The notes beneath the pieces were generated by a model, which saw only the letters and a list, made by a program, of their open reading frames with translations, had not been told where the DNA came from and made no database searches. DNA of 64,000 nucleotides. It comes from Octopus vulgaris (taxonomy: Eukaryota). The translations under genes and the position numbers were made by a program. The DNA is taken from NCBI GenBank assembly GCA_951406725.2, contig OX597816.1, positions 68,200,001 to 68,264,000 on the forward strand. Direction: 5' to 3'. This document shows, piece by piece, positions 39,769-53,139 of the stretch (positions are counted from its first letter, which is position 1; each line of letters begins with the position of its first letter).

Positions 39769-40899
39769 TACTGAATAAACTGTACTAACACCGAATTTAA
39801 ATATTTATACAGATTTTTCCTTTCCTGAAGTGTGTATATATATATACTTTTTGGCGGTCTCTGTATATTAAACGTTTTAGTTTTGAGTATACTGCTGTGT
39901 TAAGTGATGACATGTCATTGGTTTTCTTTGACGATGAACTGTGCCAGGAATAAGAGATGGCTCATTGATAAAGGTTATCTTTTCATGACATTCTTATCCT
40001 TAAACGTATCCTGTCTATATTTTTTTCCTAGATTTTCAGATGAGTCTGCTTCTTATTGGTTTCCAAGCCTGATGGAATAAATTCCAGGTTTAGAAGTAAG
40101 AAATACAGAGCAAGGGACGATTTGTTCGACTAAATCTTTCAAGGCTGTGCTCCAGCATAGCCGCAGTCCAGTGAATGAAACAAAGACAATAAAAGTGAAG
40201 AAGAAGAATATTACTTTTGAAATTCCACCGATGACTGTTGCTCGCTGAAACGAAATATTTACGGATGTTTTCACATTTAAATATTGGTTTGAGGATTTTC
40301 TGGAATTTCTTTTGGATTTGGCGTATTCTCTTTTACTGATTAAAATTATTCATCATTGATAACCTGACATAATTCTGACACTGTTGTTATAGCCTTTACG
40401 TCAGCTTTGGCATCAATAACGAACCAATTTTTAAACTTTTCTTTTTGTATATCATTTGTGACTTAACTAAAAATTATTTTCCGATAAGTCCTAATTCCTT
40501 GTAAAGCCTAGATTCTCTGCCTGTTTTAGAGAAATTATTTTCATAAACAATTTTGAATACTCGTCTCTGACACTTGTTTCCATAACACTCTAATACATCA
40601 ACAGGAGAAATCCGTTTGCCCATTGAATTAGCATCAGACTCGCTTTGATTATCATTGACTTCGGTTGAAATTCTTTCACAAATTTCTATTCGTTAATAAA
40701 CCTTTAAAACCCGTTTGATGCCTTTGTCACTTGGTTGATTTAACGAAGCAGTGTTTGAATGCAAAAATAAAATAAAATGTTACTTTGATGTTCTTTAATC
40801 ACAAATTATTTCTGTGTGCCGTACAGTTAACATCTAACGAGGCCTTTTTTCGATTTAGTTCAGATCTCACTTAAGTAACCAGTTCTTAAGAATGACTGA

Positions 40900-41700
40900 A
40901 GCCATCCATGCATTTGCATTAAAGCAGTAATGAACAGGTAAACCTCTGACACCTTTAAAACACCAAGGATTTATAATTTTCAATCACAAGAATTTGTTGT
41001 TTCTATTCTTTCATATTAGCGCAACAAAAAGCTGTCGCTCTCTCCTTTGAATATTTAAATTCGTTGGTATTTTCATTGTTAAATAATTATGCTTGCACAT
41101 TACACGAAAATAAAGCTCTCTATTTGCATTGTAAAAAATCTCAAGAGAATATTCAACAATAATTTTCGTCATTCTGCTAAAATCCACATTTCGGCTGATA
41201 AAATAATCGACATATTTTTTTCCCAGCTATGAACGCATTTCTGCACAAAAGTTCTTCATCTTTTCTTCCTGTCAAACTACTCTCCAGTCAATTCGAATTT
41301 TTCTTTACTCTCTTCTTTAACAAATTTTTATACTTTGTTTATTTTCACACAAGAGTGGCCCAAGAATGAAAGCGCTGCTTTTAATGTTTCGATTCATGGA
41401 AATGAATATTGTAAACTAAAATTTTTACTACCAGCTCATTTCACTATCTTCACCAAATCGTACTCACAATTCAATTGACAACTGCGTGGAACCCATCAAA
41501 ACATTTTCCCCATCCTTAAAACATTACTTCGTTACCTGAGCCATGTGATAGATCCATCATACGAAGTCTAAACGCTTTTCCTCGACGAGAAATTTGAAAA
41601 AGAATTCTATCAACATCCACTGATAAATAAAGCGAATCTGAATCAAATACATATGCCAAATAGTTTTCCCTTCTCGACCTGATGCATATATTAACAATGA
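40900..41700 (+). mobile_element. Decayed Tigger/pogo (DDE_1) transposase remnant
   Basis: About 41490-41690 translates to IDNC...NITSLPEPCDRSIIRSLNAF.RREI...FSLLDLMH, matching the pogo NTTS.LQP.D.GII..LK motif. 5' boundary uncertain. Confidence 0.55.
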
Positions 41701-41739
41701 CATAGCAACAAGTGTCAAAATTATTAAGTCAAAATATAG

Positions 41740-41970
41740 GGCGACGAGCTGGCAGAAACGTTAACACGCCGGGCGAAATGCTTAGCGGTTTTTCGTCTGC
41801 CGTTACGTTCTGAGTTCAAATTCCTCCGTGTTCGACTTTGCCTTTCATCCTTTCAGGGGCGATAAATTAAGTACCAGTTATGCACTGGCGTCGATGTAAT
41901 CGATTTTATCCCTTTGTCTGTCCTTGTTTGTCCTCTCTGTGTTTAGCCCCTTGTGGGCAGTAAAGAAATA
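41740..41970 (+). mobile_element. SINE family B, full-length monomer
   Basis: Complete head, core and tail ending gtaaagaaat. Confidence 0.88.
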
Positions 41971-43479
41971 AGAGTAAAACTTATTTTTTTTTAAATAAAA
42001 AATATACGTGGAATTTCTTTTCAAAAAACAAACAGAGAAATTTCTCTTTCTATCTAATTAGTCCTTATTAGGAAAAAAAATTAGACAGAACCCCCAAAAC
42101 TTTGAAAATTAGTTGGCTCAAAAGCTGAAATGCCAACGTCGGAAATATACCATGTTCTTAGCGATGTCTCTAAATTGGAAAAAGAAGATAAATCAAAGCT
42201 CAGATATACGCGAAACTCTAAACAAACTTCACCACAAAGAGTAACATCAATCAGCAGAATTTCAGAAGTGATACGAGTGGATATAATTTAATAGTGAGTT
42301 ACAAAATAGGAACAATATATAAACTACTTTGACTATGTATTTTTAACAAAGTTTTAACAAATCACACAGGTGCTCACTTTTTAATATCAGCTCTCTTTTC
42401 TTAAATGTTACGTTAAAGTGGGTTTGAAATCTTCAAGTGAACAATTGTACTGCGCCGGGTCATAGAAGTCCAATATTTTTAGTTTTTCTCGTCAAGACAA
42501 AATTTTACGTTTCTTTTCTTTCTTTACTTCTTTACGAGAAAAAACGTCTTTAATATAAACGCGCACGTTGCTTTTATTCACTACAAAATAGAGCAAACCA
42601 ATTTGAAAGCCAAAATATTTCGTTGCTTGGGCTCTTTCACAGATTCAACAAAAGAGACAGAACCGTAGCTGACGTGTCTTCTCGCACATAGTCATAGCCT
42701 TGGAGGTGATTTGCTACCGTTACAATATGAGCAATTGATGAACGGGGTTTATTTGACAATTTCGATTTCCAATATCCTAGATTAACATAAAACTAACACA
42801 CACGATCCTAAGTACATACATTTATCTCTGTGTGGAAGCATTTATATGACACAGGAACACGCACACATACACATACACATACCTTCGTTGTAATATATTT
42901 AGAAACGCATCATAGATATTTAAGCAAATCCATGCTTTCACACATACACACACACACACACACACACTTCAAACTCACACCCTCATATACTTACACGTAT
43001 GCACACAAATCACAATATCTAACGCGAGCCGTGATTCAATGATTAATTGACAGCACACCTGACGTCACATAATATGCCCATTAACACACATTTAAAATTC
43101 CCAACATAGTTTCATAATCATTTTATGGCTTAAATCTAGGCTAATCGAATACAGTTTCAATTATATACACTAATTCATTTCAAAATCTGCTGGGGCTTGA
43201 CTTTCTCCCCTTTTATTCCTTCACGTTCAATAAAATAAGTATTTATAATTTAATTAAAATGTTTCAATAGTCTTTACAAATTTGTGGATAGCAACCAAAG
43301 ATGGAGTCTTTTCGTAGTCAATCGACCTGCAAGAGATTAAAACATAAAAATATAAAATATAATACAGATGGTCACGGTTAGCATGCTTTTGATCAGAGGT
43401 CTGCTCTCTCAGAGCTGACCCTTAGTCTAAACAAAAGTTGAATAGCCGCTGCAGCAAACAAAAAACAAAAAAAAAATAC

Positions 43480-43900
43480 AGCAGCAGTAGTAATGGCAGC
43501 ATTTAAAACCATTAAAAGCAGTATCTGCACCAGCACCACCATCACCAGCACCACCATTCTCACCACCACCACCACCTTCGCAGCAAATACCACCGTCTCC
43601 GCGCGCCGCTTCTTCCTCCTCCCCTTCCGCCTCCTCTGCTGTTGCTGCTGCTGCCTCCGCTGCTGCAGCCTCCATCGCTGCTTCCACCGCCTTCGTCCCC
43701 CTCACTGCATTCGCCACTCGCCTCCTAATACCCCGCCACTGCAGTCTGTCACCATCCTTGCCGCCATCGTCGCCACTGTCACCGTCTCCTAACCGTTGTC
43801 CATCGTCCATCTCCTGCCAGCCATTGTCCATTGCTAGCAGCTCATCTTCCGCCTTCTGCCTTTCGTCGCCGCCGTGGTTCATCATCGCCATCATCGCGGC
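43480..43900. repeat. Degenerate GC-rich triplet low-complexity tract
   Basis: Runs of CCA, CCT, GCT and CCG; no recognisable protein in any frame. Confidence 0.7.
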
Positions 43901-44186
43901 TGTAGCTACTAGTGGTTTCTAGCTACAAGTCTATTCCTTGTAACAGAAATAAAAGGGACTGAAATTCTATATATTTCGTTCAATCTCTACTTGACGTTGC
44001 CTTCTCTTGCTTGCAGGTTCTCAAAAATTAAATGCACTTAATGAATTGGATAAATTTCCTTAATCTGAAGCCTTGTTCTAAGATTAGAAATCTAGTCTAC
44101 CAAATGCACTTTGGCCGGCTCGAGGCTATAGTAGAAGACACTTGCCCAAGGTGCCACGCAAGCTAATTACCGCACAGCCACTCCTG

Positions 44187-44260
<74 letters not shown>

Positions 44261-44294
44261 ACACATACATATATATATATATACACACACACAC

Positions 44295-44356
<62 letters not shown>

Positions 44357-45341
44357 GTTTGTCTTTGTGGTTATGCTTGTACCATTCACATCGCTCGGCA
44401 AATGGTGCTGGTGTATTTACGTCCCTGTAACGAAGCAGTTTGGCAAAGAGACCGATGGAATAAGTACCAATACTGGGGGTTGACTTGCTCAACTAGACCC
44501 CCTTCAAGGCGGTAACATAGTATGGATGGACACAGTCCAATAACTGAAACAAGTAAAAGATAAAACACACGCACAATTATAAAATATATTTTTACTCGAA
44601 ATCTCATCTTTAATGACCAACCTCTTTGATTTTCGAGTAGTTTGTCTACGTTTCGGTTCTTTACTGCGTATTTCTAAATATATGGGCGTTAATGACTTTT
44701 GTGATGGATTGGTTATCACTCTTGTGAGTATTGTCTATCTTGTATCCTATATCAAGGCTTCTCTTCAATATTCGTATTCGTAGTTACTCTGGGATGTATA
44801 TTTTATATTCTTTGTAGTAATTTCATTGAAGCGGCTTCAACTTTGTTTAGTAATACGTTTGTCTCTCTAAATTTGGAACTTGTCTCTTCGTATTGCTATA
44901 TTTTTGCTGGTTCATGTAGCCCTATATCAACAAAGTGACAACTGTCTTTGAAAAGTTCTGATATTTCATTCTCCTATCGGCACACACCTGAAATTTTAGT
45001 GGGAGAAGTCGATGGTACTTATTCCATTTACTCCGGAAGCGCGTTTGGCGGAATTCGGACTCAGAACTCAAAACCAGAAGAAATGTCGCTAAAATTTTTG
45101 TTCGGCGTCCTAACGATTCTCGCCGTCTTAACGTAATTGATCCTAAAGTTTTGTACAAGGCTAGCAATTGTAGAAGAGAGTTGTAGATTTCATTGACCCC
45201 AAGGTCTAGACTGGTACTCTATTTTGCTGACCCTGAAAGAATGAAAGGAAAAGTTAATCCCAACAGTATTTGAACTAAAAACATATAAAGCAGGAAGAAA
45301 TGCCGCTAAGCATTTTGTCTGACGTGATAGCGATTCTTTTT

Positions 45342-45895
45342 CTTTTTCTACTCGAGGCACAAGGCTCAAAATTTTTTGTGGGGTGGGGGCCAGTCGATTA
45401 GACCGACCCCAGTACGCAAAGGATGAAAGGCAAAGTCGACCTCGGAGGAATTTGAACTCGGAACGTAGCGGCAGACGAAATACCTATTTCTTTACTATCC
45501 ACAAGGGGCTAAACACAGAGGGGACAAACAAGGACAGACAAACGGATTAAGTCGATTACATCGACACCAGTGCGTAACTGGTACTTAGTTTATCGACCAC
45601 GAAAGGATGAAAGGCAAAATCGACCTCGGCGGAATTTGAACTCAGAACGTAACGGCAGACGAAATACCTATTTCTTTACTACCCACAAGGGACTAAACAC
45701 AGAAGGGACAAACAAGGGCAGACAAAAGGATTAAGTCGATTACATCGACCCCACTTCGTAACTGGTACTTATTTAATCGACCCGAAAGGATGAAAGGCAA
45801 AGTCGACCTCGACGGAATTTGAACTCAGAACGTAGCGACGGGCGAAATACCACAAAGCATTTCGCCCGGCTTGCTAACGTTTCTGTCAGCTCGCC
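45342..45895 (-). mobile_element. SINE family B, trimeric array
   Basis: One head plus three head-less units of about 178 bp in tandem. Confidence 0.85.
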
Positions 45896-46532
45896 TGCTT
45901 GAAAGCTTTTCTAGTTCTAAAATTGTCAAAGATTATGACTAACGTTAACCTATTTTGATTCAGTCTTTTATAATTGGTATCTAGCAGTCGTGTTTCTGGG
46001 TCGGCTTGAGCAAAGATTTTCACTCAGTATTGCGTTACGAATAGATTTTTCGGAAAGGTATTCCCTTTCCAATTGCTCTACAACCATTGAAAACCATTAT
46101 TAAATTGCTTCACACCATTCGAAAACTATCAACCATTCGTTCTTGCATTTTTACCTTCATCGTTTGCAGAGCTGGTTACGTAATTTCTCATAATATTTTT
46201 TAGGGAGAATCTTGAGTTTTTTATTTTCTCATCATTTGATGTCTTTATGTTTCTGGTCATTAACGTCTACTCTCACTTTCTTCAATTCCATTTCACTTCA
46301 CATGTTATGTCTGTGTCTCTCCCTCTATCTTTCTTTCTTTCTCTCTCACTCACACACACACACACAACACACACAACACACGCAACACACACTCACGCAC
46401 ACACGCACATGCACACATACAAATATATATAAATGTGTCTCTATATATACCAAACACACATGACCATATACTGTATATGCTAACAAGTGCACTTGCATAC
46501 GACCATGGAATCAAAACAAACTGTGGTCTCGC

Positions 46533-46598
46533 TATACATACATACATACATACATACATACATACATACATACATACATACATACATACATACACACG

Positions 46599-46634
<36 letters not shown>

Positions 46635-46757
46635 TATACAAACATATATATATATATTATGTACATTATATATATATACATATATATATATATATTATAT
46701 ATTATATATATTTATACATATATACGTATATATATATATACATACATACATACTTAC

Positions 46758-46788
<31 letters not shown>

Positions 46789-46836
46789 TATACATATATA
46801 TATATACATATATATATATACATATATATATATACA

Positions 46837-46872
<36 letters not shown>

Positions 46873-46875
46873 TAC

Positions 46876-46948
<73 letters not shown>

Positions 46949-47176
46949 CATATATATATACATATATATATATATACATACATACATACATTTTATATAC
47001 ATACATACATATATACACATACATATATATATACACACACACATATATATATAAGCATACATATATATATGTGTGTGTGTGTGTGTATATACATATATAT
47101 AAAAACGTACGTACGTATATGTTATATTTACATAAACATCCAGCTTACTTGCCATACACACATATACATACATATA

Positions 47177-47229
<53 letters not shown>

Positions 47230-47260
47230 GCATACACATTTTTATACATACACACATATC
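46533..47260. repeat. Long compound (TACA)n/(TA)n/(TG)n microsatellite field
   Basis: Directly visible; source of many spurious ORFs. Confidence 0.95.
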
Positions 47261-47857
47261 CATTACGTATGCATACATTTAGTATATGTGCATATACGTG
47301 CAAACATGTACGACATACATATATAAATCTCACTCTATATATGCACATAACCACAAAACACGTGTATATCTCAATATACGCACATACAGTGTATATGTAA
47401 AAATGCAATGTCGCAGGTTTGTATTGTGCTTATGGAGTTTTGCTGTTAAACGAATTTTATAGCAATTTCATAAAAACAATATTAAAGTAATACGAAAACA
47501 GTGTAAGAGAAAACCGATATCTTCTTGGTGTTGTTTTTAACGTTTCAATATACAGAAAGATGCGGTGGCAAAGACAGATATGAACATTGTGAGATAGATC
47601 AATGGTTTCTACTTTTGTATGTATCTGTGTATTTCTCTATACACTTATCTACCTGGTTCTTCCATTCTATCTTTCTTAACGCATATCTATCTGTGTCACC
47701 TCATCTATGGCGGCTAAACATTAAATTTTGAACCAGCAACAAGATAGCTATCGTCTGCTTTTCTTTTTCGATTCTATTTTAATATATTGTCATTTCGTTA
47801 TATAATTTTTGATGCATTGCTATAAATTACATTTATCTGCATAGACTATATGCTCAT

Positions 47858-47889
<32 letters not shown>

Positions 47890-47982
47890 CGTGCGTGTGT
47901 ATGTCTGTGTGCACATTATATCATATATGTTGCATCTACGCCTATGCGTATATATTACATACATACGTACACACGCATACAC

Positions 47983-48047
<65 letters not shown>

Positions 48048-48562
48048 CAGACACAGAAACACACATAGACAGGCACATGTATATATGTATGTATTGAGAG
48101 AGAGAGAGAGGGGAAGGAAAGAGAGAGTGTGAGAGCGTAAATGTTTCATACACAAACGTACAACACACTGTACACACACACACGCACAACACGCTATACA
48201 CACACACACACACACACACGAGGATGTGTTCTTTTCTCTCCACTTTCTTTTTTCTCCTCGTCTTTTTTCTGTAGAAGAGCTTATGCTCAAAATCTAAATG
48301 ATTTTTTTTTCCATATTTTTTTCCTGAGTGTAAAACTAATACACTTTGTTGTTTCTTTTACCTCATCTCCGTGTTATTTATAATTTTTGTACCACATACA
48401 TACATACATGCATGCATGCATACATACATACATACATACATACATACATACATACATACATACATACATACATACGTACATACATACATACATACATATC
48501 TATGTATGTATATGTATGAAGACTATATACAAAGTTCATTATATATATAGATAGATCGTATA

Positions 48563-48754
48563 TATGATAGATCGTTAGCCACTACTCACATCTTTTTCTC
48601 TCCTTGTTTCTCTCCTTGTTTTTTCTGTGTCCCTTTCTGTAGAAGAGCGTAGGTTCGAAACGTAAAAGACTTTTTCTATTCCTGAGCATTATACTAATAC
48701 ATCTGTTTGTTTTGTACACCACCTGTCTTCGTCTTTTGTTTTTTCGTAAACTCT

Positions 48755-48760
<6 letters not shown>
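48563..48760 (+). mobile_element. Short dispersed repeat with hammerhead-like fold, copy 2
   Basis: cttt-CTGTAGA-a-gagcgtaggttc-GAAA-cg-TA-aaag at 48633-48668; a third decayed copy lies near 48265-48295. Confidence 0.6.
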
Positions 48761-48794
<34 letters not shown>

Positions 48795-49276
48795 GTATCT
48801 ATTTTTAAGTAATCATATGGAAGTATATGTACGCATGTATATATAAGCGTGTACACAATAACATATATACACATATAAATAAACACGTGCGTTATATTTG
48901 TACACCAAACACAATTTCGTGTTCGTAAACATGCATCTCATATTCAAGAATATGCTGATAAATGTACACACGCACTTACAAGAATACAGCCATGCACACA
49001 TATGTTCACTTATCTTTCGAAGACTTCCACACAATTTCCCGCCAGGAAATTCCGCACACAAGATGTTGGTCAACCTAGAGCTATGGTTGATGATATATAA
49101 CCAAGCAAACTGAGCCAGACTGACATGATTAGATAGCCATAAGAGTGAAATGACAACTGAATGCACGAAGATCGAATATTATGGACTGTATCTTTATTCA
49201 GACAGAAAATATCAATTTTATTGATAAACGAGAAATGACTTTGGGCGGCATTCTTGTCTTCCTCAAAGTTATTAAG

Positions 49277-49439
49277 CTCAGGAGTGGCTGTGTGGTAAGT
49301 AGCTTGCTTACCAACCACATGGTTCCGGGTTCAGTCCCACTGCGTGGCACCTTGGGCAAGTGTCTTTTTCTATAGCCTCGGGCCGACCAAAGCCTTGTGA
49401 GTGGATTTGTTGACGGAAACTAAAAGAAGCCCGTCGTAA

Positions 49440-49493
<54 letters not shown>

Positions 49494-49709
49494 TTGTGTG
49501 TCTGTGTTTGTACCCCAACATCGCTTGACAACCGATACTGGTGTTTTTACGTCCCCGTAACTCAGTGGTTTCGCAAAAGAGACCGATAGAATAAGTACTA
49601 GGCTTACAAAGAATAGGTCCTGGGGTCGATTTGCTCGACTAAAGTAGGTGTTCCATCATGGCCGCAGTTAAATGGCTGAAACAAGTAAAAGAGTAAAAGA
49701 GTAAAAGAG
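49277..49709 (+). mobile_element. tRNA-derived SINE family A, full-length reference copy
   Basis: A box TGGCTGTGTGG, B box GGTTCAGTCC, ccttgggcaagtgtctt core, internal (TA)n(TG)n and (GTAAAAGA)n tail; more than 15 related copies in the window. Confidence 0.9.
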
Positions 49710-49988
49710 AATGGAATTAATTTATTTCTATCGGGCTTCGAAATGAAATTGTATGCTGCAATTTGAAGGCAGCAATAACTTTAGCTCAGCTCGAACCAAA
49801 CCATTGAAAGTTATAATTCTACTTTTCCTTTGGTATGTGTATTAGTCTGAGCGAGAAGAATAGTTTTGATAAGGTTTATACTAGCACCGACAGCCCCCCA
49901 AATCCTTGCATACTGATGACGAGGCTTTCATGTAGTTAAAACATCTGGATGATATTTGCTGCATTAACAGGCTAGTATTATACTTTCT

Positions 49989-50284
49989 GTGGTAGCCAAG
50001 TGGTTAGAGCAGCGGACTCGCAGTCGAGGGATCGCGGGTTCGAATCTCAGACCGGGCGATGTGTGTGTTTATGAGCAAAACACCTAAGCTCCACGCGGCT
50101 CCGACAGAAGGTAATGGCGAACTTCTGCTGACTCTTTCGCCACAACTTTCTCTCACTCTTTCCTCCTGCATCTTGCAGCTCACCTGCGACGGACTGGCGT
50201 AATGTCCAGGTGGGGAATCTATACGCCAAGGAAACCGGGAAACCGGCCCTATGAGCCAGCCATGGCTTGAGAAGGAACAAACAA
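49989..50284 (+). mobile_element. SINE family C
   Basis: Near end-to-end match to 7649-7953. Confidence 0.85.
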
Positions 50285-50409
50285 TTATATTTTCTACAAG
50301 GACAGGTAAGGACTTGTCGAGTTGAATTTTTCATGCTTTGTCCTCTACCTATGTATATGACTAAAGATATGATGGTGGTGGTGATGGTTCAATGCTGAGG
50401 ATACAAGTA

Positions 50410-50790
50410 CAGTGGTTTTCAAACATATATCTATGGATCCTTTTGATTACTATCCTGTTCTGGCGGACCTCGTAGCCTTTCAATGTTTAAAACTAGTTTC
50501 TAAGATACGTCTTTCAAAATTCTTATTTTGTTATTCAAACATTAACTTTTATAGGTTGAACTACGTAAAATGTTCGAGTAAGAAATCTAGGCGTCCCTTG
50601 CAATAAATACATCGAAGGCAAAATTTTTTCATGGACCCTTAATATACTACTGTGGGTACCGATTTACTGTTCTTCTGTGCCCCCCCCCCGCGCCAACAAG
50701 TCTCATATGCATCCCACCCACCGAGGCCATATGGAACCAAAGGGTCATATGGATATCCAGGAGTCATTGGACCTCAGTTGAGAACCACCA
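50410..50790. mobile_element. Decayed hAT (Charlie-like) MITE
   Basis: cagtggttttcaaac ... gttgagaaccacca termini; no clear 8-bp TSD. Confidence 0.4.
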
Positions 50791-51149
50791 ATGAAGTTGT
50801 TCAATCATCTGAACTACCTACACCTTAATTTGTTTTCAGAGATTCTCCTTTACGACAAAATCAGAAGTCAACAACATTTTTCTTTCACAGTATAACAAAC
50901 TTACTATGAACATTACCGAGCCTGTTATATCCTCAATGTCACTCTCTGAAAACACTGAACTAAACAGGAAATAGAAAACGAAAGAACAATTCCGTTATAT
51001 TAACTTACCTCGGATTAATTCAAAGAAGGACTCGTACCTGAGTGGGTAGTTAGAAAACATGCTTACCTGCCAAACGATCGATGGCTCATTTCCATTTACC
51101 ATCTCTTTCCTGTAGATCTGGTAAAACAAACATAATTTAACATTGCGCC

Positions 51150-51362
51150 TTCATGTCAGTGTTGGTAATCGGCGGTCTGGGCGAAATGCTTAGCGGTATT
51201 TCGTCTGTCTTTATGTTCTGAGTTCAAATTCCGTTGAGGTCGACATTACCTTTCATCCTTTTGGGGGTCGATAAATTAAGTACCAGTTGCGTACTGGGGT
51301 TTATCTAATCGACTGGCCCCCTCCCTTAAAATTTCATGCCTTGTGCCTAGAGTAGAAAAGAT
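51150..51362 (+). mobile_element. SINE family B
   Basis: Core match with the alternative tail ending ctagagtagaaaag. Confidence 0.8.
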
Positions 51363-52099
51363 AAAGGGATGCGAAAGTGATGGGGAAGTATAAATCTCTA
51401 GAACAAAAGCTTTGCCATTGTTGTTTAGTCTCAGGTTAGCACTGATTGAGCACATCTAAGATCAATGACGTTCCAGCTTTGACCGTATTGTCTTTTTACG
51501 TAAATATGTCATCTTCTGAGTTTTTAAAAATTTAACTTTTACGATGGACGAATGTGATTTGAAAGAGATTTCGCTGCTATTTATAGTAGGTCTAGCAATT
51601 ACTTATAAAGTTTCACTCAGCTATTCTTATGGATATGGCTTAGCAAAAGCAAGCCATAAACAAATCATTCAGTGTGTTATGTCATTCACTGAATACCTGT
51701 CCAATATTGAAATCATCTATAACAACCCCAGAACTTAAAAAAGCTTGGGCGACTTTAATTAGAATGAAGGCTCCCTTTGTTTGACATTTAACGACCCTTC
51801 AGACATACAAATCGTTGATTAACCTTACCGGTGTCCGGGAAAAGGAAGAGGTATTTATAAACTCTCCAGGTGAATTGAGGAGTAACGGATTCTGCTGGCA
51901 AATCCTACATGATTGTCGTACAACATGAATCAAAGGATTTACTTAAACAAATATCTTATAATTTACAAACGTGGAAAAACGAAGTGATGAGTTGTTGAAG
52001 CTTTTATTTAAAAAATATATAGTCATTATAATTAAAGGGAAATTGCTTTAAAAAAGAATCATAATCGCATTGTGATCTCAGTTCAGCACAACGCACGAA

Positions 52100-52802
52100 T
52101 TAATGTAGCCCAACACACAAGTTGTTCAAAGTTGTATAAAGAACGTTGCACTTGGAACTATCAAGCTAACGTCAAGTACAAAGTGTAGACTCTGCGATGG
52201 CAAACTTGAAAGCGTTGTCCACATTGATGCCATTTGCTCAGTCCTTGCTCCTGCAGAATATATATCCAGACATGATCGAGTTGGGCAATACTTGCACAGG
52301 TGAATATGCTATCAATGATATCCCACATCATAAGTACTGGTCTGAACACCACTCACAACCAGTCACTGAGGGAGAGAATGTTACCATCCTATGGGATTAT
52401 GGGATACATACAGACGGCAAGCAAATAAATGATAACAGGCCAGACATCATCATCAAAGATGAAATTATGCCAGTTAATTGATATGACGGTGCCTAGAAAT
52501 AGAAACGCCTCAGCAAATGAATTTGAAAATCTATCGAAATGCAAGGACTTTGAGATTGAGATATCTAGGATGTGACAATTAAAAACCAAAATCATCCCTG
52601 TTGTGTAGCCATGGAAATGATCAAGAAAGGTACCAACGCACTTTTTGACTAGATCCCCTGAAAACCAACAATCTACAAAATTAAAAAATTGTGCGGGAAT
52701 CAACCGCTTACCTTCCCAAGAAGTTTCTCTCCATCTATGCCTTAGGTCCCTGGTTGAGACCCGGCCGGAAGATGAAGCAGAAAGTAACGATAATAATAAT
52801 AT
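52100..52802 (+). mobile_element. 3' remnant of an RLE-type non-LTR retrotransposon (R4/Dong-like)
   Basis: RHDRV, TILWDYGIHTD...NRPDIIIKD, IDMTVP, KDFEIEISRM, KIIPVV motifs of the PD-(D/E)xK restriction-like endonuclease; ends in an (AAT)n tail. Confidence 0.7.
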
Positions 52803-52910
52803 AGAATATAAAATCAGTTTTGAATATACTGTTTGGAGGGAAATCAGTTTTTATTTTTGTTTTGAATAACTCTGATCACATTCCAAACATAATTTCCCTT
52901 CAAACATATA

Positions 52911-52916
52911 TTTATT
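52911..52916 (-). promoter_or_regulatory. Candidate polyadenylation signal of the GT61 gene
   Basis: AATAAA on minus about 225 nt after the stop; a second copy lies at 52850-52855. Common motif in AT-rich DNA. Confidence 0.35.
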
Positions 52917-53139
52917 TTTCAGTAAAAAGGAAATAACAAAATGTAGAAAAAAAAAGCAAAAACCAACAATAACAATAAAAAGAACCCCTCTTTGTATGTA
53001 AGACTTTTGTGTTTGTTATTTTATGAGAAACTTTTATATTTTCTTGGAATGTTAGTGAGTTTATGTAAATGCGTTTGTGTTCGTGTAAGCCTGTTTGCAT
53101 GAGCGTGTGTATGTGCGTATATATGCGCGTGTGTTTGTT

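Noticed and set aside
43427-43894. 155-aa Gly/Ala/Glu-rich ORF on minus
   Set aside because: Degenerate triplet repeat with no domain or splice support.
43995-44017. Strong-looking plus-strand splice acceptor (ttgccttctcttgcttgcag)
   Set aside because: No plausible coding exon or donor downstream.
45342-45895. Regularly spaced repeats resembling a CRISPR array
   Set aside because: Units are full tandem SINE bodies without unique spacers; eukaryotic context and no cas genes.
46435-47400. Long ORFs of 321 and 279 aa, and the many similar YI/HT/VC-repeat ORFs across the window
   Set aside because: Translations of (TA)n, (TACA)n and (TG)n microsatellites that lack stop codons by composition.
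49911-49950. CTGATGA hammerhead-like start; similar weak cases near 22660, 33910 and 10200
   Set aside because: GAAA or the helices are missing, so a complete fold cannot be built.
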